Of a stretch of 32,000 nucleotides of DNA, positions 14,974 to 22,637 are shown one piece after another; position 1 is the stretch's first letter; the number at the start of each line of letters is the position of its first letter. Source of the DNA: Schaalia odontolytica (GTDB lineage Bacteria > Actinomycetota > Actinomycetes > Actinomycetales > Actinomycetaceae); assembly GCF_005696695.1 (NCBI RefSeq), contig NZ_CP040006.1, positions 1,710,001 to 1,742,000 on the forward strand, in the 5' to 3' direction. The notes under the pieces were generated by a model. It was not told the origin of the DNA. It did no database searches and was given only the letters and a program-made list of their open reading frames with translations. The translations under genes and the position numbers were made by a program.

Positions 14974-15847
14974 GCTGACAATCTATCGCCGTCGCCGCGA
15001 CGGAGGTGACGTGCCCGGGGTCGTCCGTCGCCGCCGCCGCGACGGAGGGGATCTTCTCCTGCGTCGACGTGAGGCGACGACTCCGGTCACGCCGGCCTCG
15101 ACGGACGTCGTCGAGCAATTCCTCAAGCAGCGGCCCTTCTACATCGCCCATAGGATGAGCGGAACAGAATACCCGGAGTTCACGCAGCGGGGTCTTGATG
15201 CTTCGCTGCGCGCGGGCTTCAAGGCGCTGGAGGTCTCCGTCCGGCTCTGCGCCCGGGGGCAGCACGGAGAGCCTGCCGAGTTCGTCGCGATCCACGATTG
15301 GAAAACGACAAGAACTGTGCCGGGCACGGATCTCCCGATCTGGTCTACTCCCTGGAGCACGCTCCGGACACTCCAGCAGGGGACCGGGCCGTTTATGCGA
15401 CTGCGGGACATCGTTGACCAGATCCCGGATGACGTGGTCCTCGCGATCGACCACAAGACAACGTCATCTGAGGATCAGCGGAACGCTGCTGATTTGCAGG
15501 CTGAGGAGCAGTTGTTCGAGTATCTGGACACCGCGTTCGGCGGGCATCCCGAGCGTCGCGTGATCTGGAAAGTCTTTGCGAAGGGAACGAGCGCGGCCCG
15601 CGCGAAAGCGCGCGGTTACCGCACTATGGCGATGCTGTACCCTGCCGAAGTCCCCGCGGCGCCCCTCGGCTCTTGGGACGTGATCGGTATGGAGTGGTCC
15701 GCGTCTGCCGACGTCTGGAACCGCATCAACGCAACCGGGAAACCGACGATCGCGCACATCATCACCAACGAGGGACAGGCGCGCGCAGCGCTCGAAAAGG
15801 GAGCGTCCGGCCTCATGGCTTCGTTCCCATCTCGCGTGCATCCGTAG
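14966..15847 (+). CDS. Glycerophosphodiester phosphodiesterase (GDPD)-like protein with Arg-rich N-terminus
   Basis: GTG 14966 overlaps the upstream stop and is preferred over ATG 14873. FYIAHRMSGTEYPEFTQRGLDASLRAGFKALEVSVRL...FVAIHDW fits the GDPD N-terminal pattern (HRG..PENT...A...G....E.D......V..HD). The N-terminus carries the duplicated RRRRDGGD. Confidence 0.6.
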   Translation: MDELTIYRRRRDGGDVPGVVRRRRRDGGDLLLRRREATTPVTPASTDVVEQFLKQRPFYIAHRMSGTEYPEFTQRGLDASLRAGFKALEVSVRLCARGQHGEPAEFVAIHDWKTTRTVPGTDLPIWSTPWSTLRTLQQGTGPFMRLRDIVDQIPDDVVLAIDHKTTSSEDQRNAADLQAEEQLFEYLDTAFGGHPERRVIWKVFAKGTSAARAKARGYRTMAMLYPAEVPAAPLGSWDVIGMEWSASADVWNRINATGKPTIAHIITNEGQARAALEKGASGLMASFPSRVHP

Positions 15848-15854
15848 CCGATGC

Positions 15855-15893
15855 AGAAGGCCCCACCACCCAGAATGGGCGGTGGGGCCTTCT
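15855..15893. terminator. Bidirectional terminator hairpin between the convergent GDPD-like and integrase genes
   Basis: AGAAGGCCCCACC (15855-15867) pairs perfectly with GGTGGGGCCTTCT (15881-15893), giving a 13-bp stem. It lies between two convergent stop codons. Confidence 0.6.
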
Positions 15894-15912
15894 CTTATGC
15901 GTTGAGACGGCC

Positions 15913-17070
15913 TTACGTGAGGACATGTGAGTCCATACGCGCTGCCAGGGCCGCGTCGCGCTCGCGGGTCGCATGCTGATAACGCAGGGCGACATCGACA
16001 TCACTGTGCCCGCCCCGGTGGAGCAGCTCGGCGAGAGTGGCGCCCTGCTGTGCGAAGATCGTGAGGCCAGTGTGCCGCAGATCGTGGAACTTGAACCAGG
16101 GGATGCCCGCGTCCTCGCGGGCGCGCTCCCAGGCTCCGCGCAGGCTATTAGGATGCAGGGGCAGGCGCGGGGATCGCTCGGAGGATAGGAGCCAGGCCGT
16201 GCCCGCAGGCGCGACGTAGGACTCAAGATGAGTGCGCAGAGCTGGGACTAGCGACGCGGGGATGACGATCTCGCGGACGCCGGCGGCGCTCTTCGGAGGT
16301 AGCTCGACCGGCCCCTCGCCTGTCAGGTACTGAACCTGGCGCTCGATACGGAGAGTCGCAGGAGTGGAGTCGAGGTCGAAGTCGCGCCGCTGCAGGCCGG
16401 TCAACTCGCCGAGCCTCGTCTGGCACCATGCAGCGAGCAGGACGGCGATGCGCAGCCGCGCGGGCATCGCGTCGGCGGCTGCGCGGACCTCCTCGGGGGT
16501 CGCGACTTGCCGCTCACGCTCGCGCACGGGCCGATGCTTCTGACCACCGGGAACCTTGCACGGGCTCGCCGCGATGACGCCGGCTTTCACCGCGGCGTTC
16601 ATGCATACAGATAGGGTCATGTAGATCGGGCGCACGACGCCCGGCCCCTTCGCATCCCAGATCCGCTGGTACCAAGCGTCGACATCCTCGACGCTGATCG
16701 CCCCGAGCGGCTTCGCGCCAAAGACCGGGACGAGCTGCCTCATCCGATAGGTATGCGTCTCGATGGTCTTAGGGGTGCGGCCCAGTCGCTCGAGCGACGC
16801 GAGCCACCTCTCCGACCACGCCGCGAAAGTGATAGCCGCGCGCTCGGCGGCGACCTCCTGCGCGCGATCGCGCTCGCGGCTCTCCTTCGGACTGACCCAG
16901 GTGCCCTCGCTAATCTCGGCCTCGACGTGTGCGAGGAAAGCACTAGCGTCGACCTTGCGAACGAATGAGCGCCCGGCGGTGTACTTGCCGCCGTCGGGGC
17001 CTGTGTACCGGACCTCGAAGCGTCCGCTGCGGGCTTTCCGGATCGAGCCGAAGGCCCTCCGTCCGCTCAT
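15913..17070 (-). CDS. int: Tyrosine integrase (phage integrase family)
   Basis: 385 aa. An N-terminal SAM-like/arm-binding region (FEVRYTGPDGGKYTAGRSF) is followed by the catalytic motifs TRLGELTGL (Arg I), HDLRHTG (H-x-x-R) and HSDVDVALRYQH (Tyr). An AGGAGG Shine-Dalgarno lies upstream. The gene lies 181 nt from the tmRNA 3' end (17252). Confidence 0.9.
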   Translation of the reverse strand: MSGRRAFGSIRKARSGRFEVRYTGPDGGKYTAGRSFVRKVDASAFLAHVEAEISEGTWVSPKESRERDRAQEVAAERAAITFAAWSERWLASLERLGRTPKTIETHTYRMRQLVPVFGAKPLGAISVEDVDAWYQRIWDAKGPGVVRPIYMTLSVCMNAAVKAGVIAASPCKVPGGQKHRPVRERERQVATPEEVRAAADAMPARLRIAVLLAAWCQTRLGELTGLQRRDFDLDSTPATLRIERQVQYLTGEGPVELPPKSAAGVREIVIPASLVPALRTHLESYVAPAGTAWLLSSERSPRLPLHPNSLRGAWERAREDAGIPWFKFHDLRHTGLTIFAQQGATLAELLHRGGHSDVDVALRYQHATRERDAALAARMDSHVLT

Positions 17071-17091
17071 GCCTGCCTCCTAGATCGGGAA

Positions 17092-17136
17092 GTGGCGCAG
17101 CATCTTTTTCCACTGTCTGCGCCACGCCTGCGCCAC
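17092..17136 (-). promoter_or_regulatory. 9-bp repeat set upstream of int: one GTGGCGCAG plus two inverted copies CTGCGCCAC (+ strand reading)
   Basis: GTGGCGCAG lies at 17092-17100. CTGCGCCAC lies at 17117-17125 and 17128-17136. All sit 20-65 nt upstream of the int start codon, between int and the att/ssrA junction. Confidence 0.3.
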
Positions 17137-17210
17137 TAGCAATGCTACATCGTGATGCATCCTGATACATGGGAGAGAGTGGGACGAGGGAGCGAAAAGC
17201 GCGCGAGGGC

Positions 17211-17246
17211 AACGAAAACCCCGGAATCTCAACGAGACTCCGGGGT
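17211..17246 (-). terminator. Rho-independent terminator immediately downstream of ssrA
   Basis: On the - strand, ACCCCGGA G TCTC GTT GAGA T TCCGGGGT forms 8+4 bp stems and is followed by TTTTCG. It begins 5 nt after the tmRNA discriminator base. Confidence 0.6.
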
Positions 17247-17251
17247 GTGTG

Positions 17252-17626
17252 TGGAGATGGGGGGAATCGAACCCCCGTCCAATGGCCGGCCCCGAATTCT
17301 TCTCCGAGCGCAGTCTACGTTTTTATTTCTCAGCCCCCAGCATTGCGTAGACACACCGCTGGATAGGCTCAGTTGATGAAGTGTCGGAGGCGCCCCACCA
17401 ACATGGGCGACTCCCAGTGGCTCCCTAGACGACGCCAGACACCGGGCCGGAAGCAACTCCCGGGCTGACGGACTAAAGGTTCAGGCTGCGATATCAGGCA
17501 GCGAGAACGTAGTCGGTGCGATTCTGTTCGGCACCTATTGGTTTGCACGCATCGTTAACGAGTTGAGCGTACATTCTCGGCTCGCTTCACTTCGATCGAC
17601 GACCACTGTCGAAACCGATCATCCCC
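17252..17626 (-). ncRNA. ssrA: tmRNA (SsrA), 375 nt, tag peptide AEQNRTDYVLAA; terminal CCA not encoded
   Basis: The - strand reads 5'-GGGGATGATCGGTTTCGACAG...CAAACCAATAGGT GCC GAA CAG AAT CGC ACC GAC TAC GTT CTC GCT GCC TGA...GGACGGGGGTTCGATTCCCCCCATCTCCA-3'. The acceptor stem pairs GGGGATG with CATCTCC, including the G-U at position 3. The T-arm is GGGGGTTCGATTCCCCC. The tag ORF lies at 17494-17532. The layout follows the actinobacterial tmRNA pattern (compare M. tuberculosis tag ADSHQRDYALAA). Confidence 0.95.
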
Positions 17627-17681
17627 TCTTGAGTTTTCAACTCCCCGACACCCTACGAAACCGCAGACCGTCGGACACATC

Positions 17682-17710
17682 AGTTTACGCCGCCACGCAC
17701 AACCCGTCAA
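17682..17710 (-). promoter_or_regulatory. Candidate ssrA promoter TTGACG-N17-TAAACT
   Basis: On the - strand, TTGACG lies at 17710-17705 and TAAACT at 17687-17682, with a 17-nt spacer. This is approx. 55 nt upstream of the mature 5' end, consistent with a processed precursor. Confidence 0.45.
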
Positions 17711-17726
17711 GGGAAAACCCGACGCC

Positions 17727-19931
17727 TCAGAGCAGCTTCGTGGACTCCAGCTTCGCCACCATGCGCCGATTGTTACGCACCAGCAGCGGGCGCAGAGCAA
17801 GCCCCAGAAACGCGGCAAACAGGATGAAGGAAGCCAAGAACCACATGGCGTCCGCGTACTCGTGCCCCGCGTACCCGGCGATCGACGCTCGCAGCGCCGT
17901 GATAGCGTGCGTGGCCGGCAGGAACGGGGACACGGACGAGAAGAAGGAGGGCAGGATCGCCAGCGGGAACGCTCCCCCGGCGCCCGAAATCTGCAGGACC
18001 AGGAGCAGCACGCCCAGGGCTTTACCCGCGTTCCCAAACGTCGCAATAAGCGTGTACATGAGGAAAGAGAACACGACGGCCGTCAGCCAGAGCGTACCCA
18101 TGAACTGCAACGGGTGAGCGTGCTGCACCTTCAGGAAGTACAGGTCTCCCAGCCCCAGGAGCGTCGCCTGCGTGAGAGCGATCGTCCCAAAGATCAGGTA
18201 ACGCCCCAGGTATCCGGCGGCCAGGCCGACGGGCTTAGCCGTCAGGGTCGCGCGCAGCGGGTCACCTTCGGGCAGGCCGTCGGCAACGTTGGAGTCGGTG
18301 ACGTCCGAACGCATGGACACGACCATGAGCACGGAGCCGACCCACAGCGCCAGGATCGTGTACAAGGGCGCCATCTGGGAGCCGAAGTTCGCGACCGGGT
18401 AGACGGGTGTCTTCTCCACGCCGACGGGGGCCGCAATGGCTGCAGCCAGGGCCTCGGGATTATTCCCGATGATGGTCCCGAGCGTCGTCAGGTCGCCACT
18501 GGCAAGCGCATCGCTGATCGAGGCGTGCAGGGAGTCGAGCTTGCCCGCAGCCTCGCGCAGGCTCGCTGCCGCGCCCGTCAGGTTGTCGCGCAGCTGGGTC
18601 AGCCCCTCGCGCGCGCTCCCGCTGCCGTTCGAGGCAGTGGACGTCGCGCCCTCCAGGGACGTGCGCGCGGCGCTCAGGGACGACTGGGCCGAGGCCAGGG
18701 TGGAGGCCAGCGATTCAAGCTGGGGTCGCAGGTTGGTCTCGTAGTCGGAGGACAGGCCGTCGACCGCGGAGCGCGCCTGGGCGATCAGGCCGTTGACCGT
18801 GGCGTGCCCAGCTTCTGCATTCGCGACCTTGGAGTCCAGCTCGGAGGCGGCGGCGCGCAGCCCGTTCGCAACCTCGGTCAGCCGGTCGGAGGCCGCCTGC
18901 AGGCGGTCCAGCGAGGACTGGGAGACGGGCGAGCCCGGCAGCGCCTCCAGCGTCGACTTGATGGACGCGAAGCTGGTCGCCTGCGTGTCCAGCACGGATG
19001 CCTGCGAACGCAGCGTCGAGGCCGCGTCCGACGCACTCGTTGATCCGTTCGCGTACACGCTCTCGACGGCGCTCGACAGGGAGGACAGCGAGGACTGGGA
19101 GGAGGAGATCGCGTCGGACACCGAGGAGACTGCGGCCGATGCAGCGGATCCGAGGCCGCTGGCACCCGCCTGAGCACTCGACACCGCGGACTGCGCGGAG
19201 CCCTTCGCGCTCCCGAGCCCGTCCACAAGTGTGCTCGTCGAGTCGATGAGTGTCACCGAGGATCCCACGAGCGACGCGTAGGCGTCCGCGCTATCCGACG
19301 CCGTGCGCAGGCGCGAGGCGACGGTCTGCACGCGGTTATCGAGCGCCGTCACCGTATTGACGGCTGTGGGCGACGACAGCGCGCTCCCGACCGACGTCGC
19401 CGTATCGAGGGCGACCTCGGAGAGCGTCTGCACGAAGATCTGGTTCACCTGGGCGCTCACGGCCTCGGCGCCCTGCCCGGCGATCTTCGGCGAAATGCCG
19501 TTCTTCTTCTCGTTGACGTAATAGGTCATCGGCGCGGAGGATGCTCCCCCGTCGAAGAACGTCAGCATCTCCTGAGAGAAGTCCGAGGGAATGACGATGG
19601 CCGCGTAGTACTCGCCCGAGCGCGTCCCCTCAACCGCCTCATCCTCGGAGGCAATGACCCAGTCGAAGTTGTCATTCTTGCGCAGTGCGGACACCACGGA
19701 ATCGCCGATGTTGATGCGCAGCGGCACCAGGTCCGACTTGTAGCCCGCGTCCGTGTTCGCAATCGCGATGCGCAGGCTCTTCGTGTTGCCGAACGGGTCC
19801 CACGACGCCGCCACGTTGAACCACGTGAACAGCGACGGGATGACGACGAGGCCGAAGACGACGACGCTGGCGATCAGGGATCGATGCGCGCGGCGTAGGT
19901 CGGCGCGGTAGATGGCCCAGATGGTCCTCAC
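17727..19931 (-). CDS. YhgE/Pip-domain membrane protein (734 aa)
   Basis: The N-terminal TM helix and YhgE/Pip N-domain read FTWFNVAASWDPFGNTKSLRIAIANTD...YYAAIVIPSDFSQ...YYVNEKKNGISPKIAG. An approx. 350-aa Ser/Ala/Leu-rich helical stalk follows. The C-terminal ABC-2-type multi-TM domain includes PVANFGSQMAPLYTILALWVG... A GTGA overlap joins it to the upstream paralogue. Confidence 0.85.
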   Translation of the reverse strand: MRTIWAIYRADLRRAHRSLIASVVVFGLVVIPSLFTWFNVAASWDPFGNTKSLRIAIANTDAGYKSDLVPLRINIGDSVVSALRKNDNFDWVIASEDEAVEGTRSGEYYAAIVIPSDFSQEMLTFFDGGASSAPMTYYVNEKKNGISPKIAGQGAEAVSAQVNQIFVQTLSEVALDTATSVGSALSSPTAVNTVTALDNRVQTVASRLRTASDSADAYASLVGSSVTLIDSTSTLVDGLGSAKGSAQSAVSSAQAGASGLGSAASAAVSSVSDAISSSQSSLSSLSSAVESVYANGSTSASDAASTLRSQASVLDTQATSFASIKSTLEALPGSPVSQSSLDRLQAASDRLTEVANGLRAAASELDSKVANAEAGHATVNGLIAQARSAVDGLSSDYETNLRPQLESLASTLASAQSSLSAARTSLEGATSTASNGSGSAREGLTQLRDNLTGAAASLREAAGKLDSLHASISDALASGDLTTLGTIIGNNPEALAAAIAAPVGVEKTPVYPVANFGSQMAPLYTILALWVGSVLMVVSMRSDVTDSNVADGLPEGDPLRATLTAKPVGLAAGYLGRYLIFGTIALTQATLLGLGDLYFLKVQHAHPLQFMGTLWLTAVVFSFLMYTLIATFGNAGKALGVLLLVLQISGAGGAFPLAILPSFFSSVSPFLPATHAITALRASIAGYAGHEYADAMWFLASFILFAAFLGLALRPLLVRNNRRMVAKLESTKLL

Positions 19932-22618
19932 TGTTCTTCTCCCTTCGCCGCCTCCGACGCGTCGCCCGCGCTGTCCTCATCGACGAGGCCGGGGCCGGCC
20001 TCGTCCGTATCCTCTCCCCCGTGCTCACCGAGGGAGGACGCCAGCGCCGACGAAATCGACGCACCCACCGCGGCCGCACCCAGCGCGAGACGCGAGCGCG
20101 CGCCCTGCACGCGCCGGGTCAGCAGCGAGCGCACGTCCCCCTCATCCATGGCGCCGAGGAGCTGCTGACGCGCCAAGGCCTCGCGCACGTACTGCAGGCC
20201 GATCAGGAACGTGATGACGAGGAGCACCCAGACGATCCAGGCACCCAGAATGATCGGCACCTCCGTCACATTCGCGACGGACAGCACCGCCAGAGCCACC
20301 GGCACGATAACCCCGAGAATGATCGCGGCGCGGCGGATCGTCGGGTAACGACGCTCGAAACGCGCGGCACGGCCGCTCACCGAGCGCTGGAAGCCGTCGT
20401 GATCGGCCAGGGCCGCCACGATCTGCGTCAGGCGGTAGCGGTTCGAAGGAACGCGCGTCGCCTCGGCCAGGAAGAGCCCGGAGGACGCCAGGTCGCGCGT
20501 GATCATCGCGTTCAGATTCACCAGGAACGGACGCAGCGCGAGGCCGATCGCGAAGGCAACCAGCGCCTCGGCACCGAGAACCGCCAGGCACGACAGGTAA
20601 GTGTGCCCATAGAAGCCGGCCACGATCTCACGCAGCGCGTTAATGCCGTAGGTGAAGGGGAACAGCGGGTGCAGGAAGCGGAAGAAGGACGGCAGCATCT
20701 CGATCGGATACAGGCCGGCAGACCCGGGAATCTGCATGACCATGATGATGACGCACAGGCCCTTGCCGATGTGCTGGAAGCACGTGGAGAGCATGTAGAC
20801 GATCGACACAAACACCAGCGAGATGATCATCGCCGTCCCCACGAACGCGGGACGCGACACCGTCTGCACGCCGATAATCAGGTCACCGATCGACACAACG
20901 AGCCCCTGAATGACCCCGAAGAAGGCGAGAAGCATCCACCGGCCCATGTACTTGGCGGCCGACGAGGTCGGGCCGATGCCCTCCTCATCCACATCGAGCT
21001 TCAGGAGGAGGACGAGCGAAAACGCGCCGATCCACAGGGCCAGGTTCGTGAACAGCGGAGCCATGGCTGAGCCGTAGGCTGCCACGGGGTAGACGGCCTT
21101 CGTCTCGATCTGCGTCGGCGAGGCCATGAAGGAGGCGATCGATTCGGCGTTGACCCCGAGGGCGTCCGCGAGGTCGCGCAGCGTGTTCGAGGAGGACAGC
21201 GAGGAGATGTCGGTGGCCACCGAGTCGAGGTCGGTCTTGATCGCCGCAACATTCGTCGAGCTCGTCTGGGTCGCCGTCTTTGCCCCGTCCAGGAGGGAGT
21301 CGAGCTGGTCGAGCAGGCCCGACACCTGGTCGCGCTGGCTGCGCAGTGTATCGAGGGAGCCACGCATCGACGAGGACGCGCTCGAGAAGTCATCGAGCGC
21401 CGAGGAGATCGCGGGCAGCTGAGCGGACACTCCGCTGCGTGCGTTCGTCACTGCGGTCGACACGGCCGCGGACGCGTCGGAGGCTGACGTCAGCGCGTTC
21501 GAAATCGACGTGGACGTGGCCGACAGGTCGGAGTTAAGGGTCGTCAGGCTGCCCAGGGCCGTCGACAGCGCAGTGTTCTGGTTCGTCAGGTCGGTCAGCG
21601 CCGTGCCCGCGGCGGGCAGGTTCCCGATCCCCAGAGCATTCAGCTCCGCGAGCACCTCACCCACCGAGTCATTGATCGACGTTCCCTCGGTGAGCAGGCC
21701 ACCCACACGGCCGGAGGCGCCCTGCACAGCGCCGTCGAGGGTTCCCGCATTCGCGGACACGCCCGCAAGGGCGCTCGCCGCGTTCGACGACAGACCGTCG
21801 AGGGCCCCTCCCATCTGGCTCGAGAAGGACGCCAGCGACGTGCGCGAGTCGCTCACCAGCTGGTCCGTCTGGTCCAGGGACGCCAACAGCTCCGCAGCCG
21901 CAGAGTCCAGATCGCTCAGGGTCGTGCGAGCCGAGGCCACCGAGGCCTTCGCAGCGTCGATCTTCTCCCCCATGCCGTCCAGGGTCTGCGAGGCGCTTCC
22001 GAGCTTGGCCGAGGCCTCGGACACCGACGCGGAAACGTCCGAGCGTTTCTGGTCAGCGTTGTCCGCAATACTGACCCCGGCCTCGGACGCCTTCTCCGAC
22101 AGCACCTTGGCCACCGTCGAGACGAAGGCGGAGTTGATCTGGCGGTCGAGAGTCGTCGCGCCCGCCCCCGTGATCTTGGGGGCCACCGCGTTGTTCTTCT
22201 CGTTGACGTAATACTGGATGTTCGGCTTGACGTACGTGCCGTCAACGATGCCCGTCAGGTCGCGCGAAAACGACGCCGGGATAATGAAGGCCGCGTAGGA
22301 GTCCCCGCGTTCCACCTCGGCGCGTGCCTCCTGCGCGCTCACGAAGTGCCAGCCCAGCTGATCGTTCTGCTTGAGCTGAGTCTCGAGCATCGCACCAACG
22401 TTCACGGTGCCGATCTGGTCCTTGGTCGCGCCCTCGTCCTCGTTCGCGACGGCGACGCGAATGTGGGAGGTCTGCGAGTACGGATCCCAGAACCCGACGA
22501 TGTTGAACCACGCGTAGAGCGCGGGCACGAACGCCATGCCGATGATGACGATCCACGCGGCCGGTACACGCACCAGCCTCAGAAGATCACGACCAAAAAA
22601 CCTGACGGAACCTCGCAC
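19928..22618 (-). CDS. YhgE/Pip-domain membrane protein (896 aa), paralogue with an extra C-terminal TM/acidic extension
   Basis: It has the same architecture: YAWFNIVGFWDPYSQTSHIRVAVANED...YAAFIIPASFSR...YYVNEKNNAVAPKITG, a helical stalk, and PVAAYGSAMAPLFTNLALWIG... An additional approx. 230 aa carries two further hydrophobic helices and an acidic tail (GEDTDEAGPGLVDEDSAGDASEAAKGEEQ). The GTG start lies 19 nt after the smpB stop. Confidence 0.85.
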   Translation of the reverse strand: MRGSVRFFGRDLLRLVRVPAAWIVIIGMAFVPALYAWFNIVGFWDPYSQTSHIRVAVANEDEGATKDQIGTVNVGAMLETQLKQNDQLGWHFVSAQEARAEVERGDSYAAFIIPASFSRDLTGIVDGTYVKPNIQYYVNEKNNAVAPKITGAGATTLDRQINSAFVSTVAKVLSEKASEAGVSIADNADQKRSDVSASVSEASAKLGSASQTLDGMGEKIDAAKASVASARTTLSDLDSAAAELLASLDQTDQLVSDSRTSLASFSSQMGGALDGLSSNAASALAGVSANAGTLDGAVQGASGRVGGLLTEGTSINDSVGEVLAELNALGIGNLPAAGTALTDLTNQNTALSTALGSLTTLNSDLSATSTSISNALTSASDASAAVSTAVTNARSGVSAQLPAISSALDDFSSASSSMRGSLDTLRSQRDQVSGLLDQLDSLLDGAKTATQTSSTNVAAIKTDLDSVATDISSLSSSNTLRDLADALGVNAESIASFMASPTQIETKAVYPVAAYGSAMAPLFTNLALWIGAFSLVLLLKLDVDEEGIGPTSSAAKYMGRWMLLAFFGVIQGLVVSIGDLIIGVQTVSRPAFVGTAMIISLVFVSIVYMLSTCFQHIGKGLCVIIMVMQIPGSAGLYPIEMLPSFFRFLHPLFPFTYGINALREIVAGFYGHTYLSCLAVLGAEALVAFAIGLALRPFLVNLNAMITRDLASSGLFLAEATRVPSNRYRLTQIVAALADHDGFQRSVSGRAARFERRYPTIRRAAIILGVIVPVALAVLSVANVTEVPIILGAWIVWVLLVITFLIGLQYVREALARQQLLGAMDEGDVRSLLTRRVQGARSRLALGAAAVGASISSALASSLGEHGGEDTDEAGPGLVDEDSAGDASEAAKGEEQ

Positions 22619-22637
22619 AGGGTCGCCTTCTTTCCCC

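Larger units (their letters stand above)
1..17251. mobile_element. Defective siphovirus-like prophage, left end outside the window, integrated at the 3' end of ssrA
   Basis: Contiguous + strand block of phage genes (RusA, SSB, HNH, tape measure, tail tip, CHAP endolysin, holin), mostly joined by ATGA/GTGA overlaps. It ends with a convergent tyrosine integrase (15913-17070) 180 nt from the tmRNA 3' end. No terminase, portal, capsid or tail-tube genes are present. Confidence 0.8.

Noticed and set aside
14966-15060. Twin-arginine (Tat) signal at the N-terminus of the GDPD-like protein
   Set aside because: The Arg runs are not followed by a hydrophobic h-region or an A-x-A cleavage site.
17252-17290. 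tRNA-like T-arm/acceptor sequence (GGGGGTTCGATTCCCCC)
   Set aside because: It is the tRNA-like 3' domain of tmRNA. It pairs with the GGGGATG 5' end 375 nt away, and no anticodon or D-arm lies adjacent, so it is not a separate tRNA gene.
17152-17456. Small ORFs on both strands (17152-17376, 17169-17366, 17229-17456)
   Set aside because: They lie inside the tmRNA gene and its terminator. The RNA assignment is far better supported.
17862-22211. Long + strand ORFs (17862-19043, 20021-21070, 21510-22211 and others)
   Set aside because: They are antisense to the two YhgE/Pip genes, whose family architecture is clear. Their products are Arg/Gly/Asp-rich with no recognisable domains.
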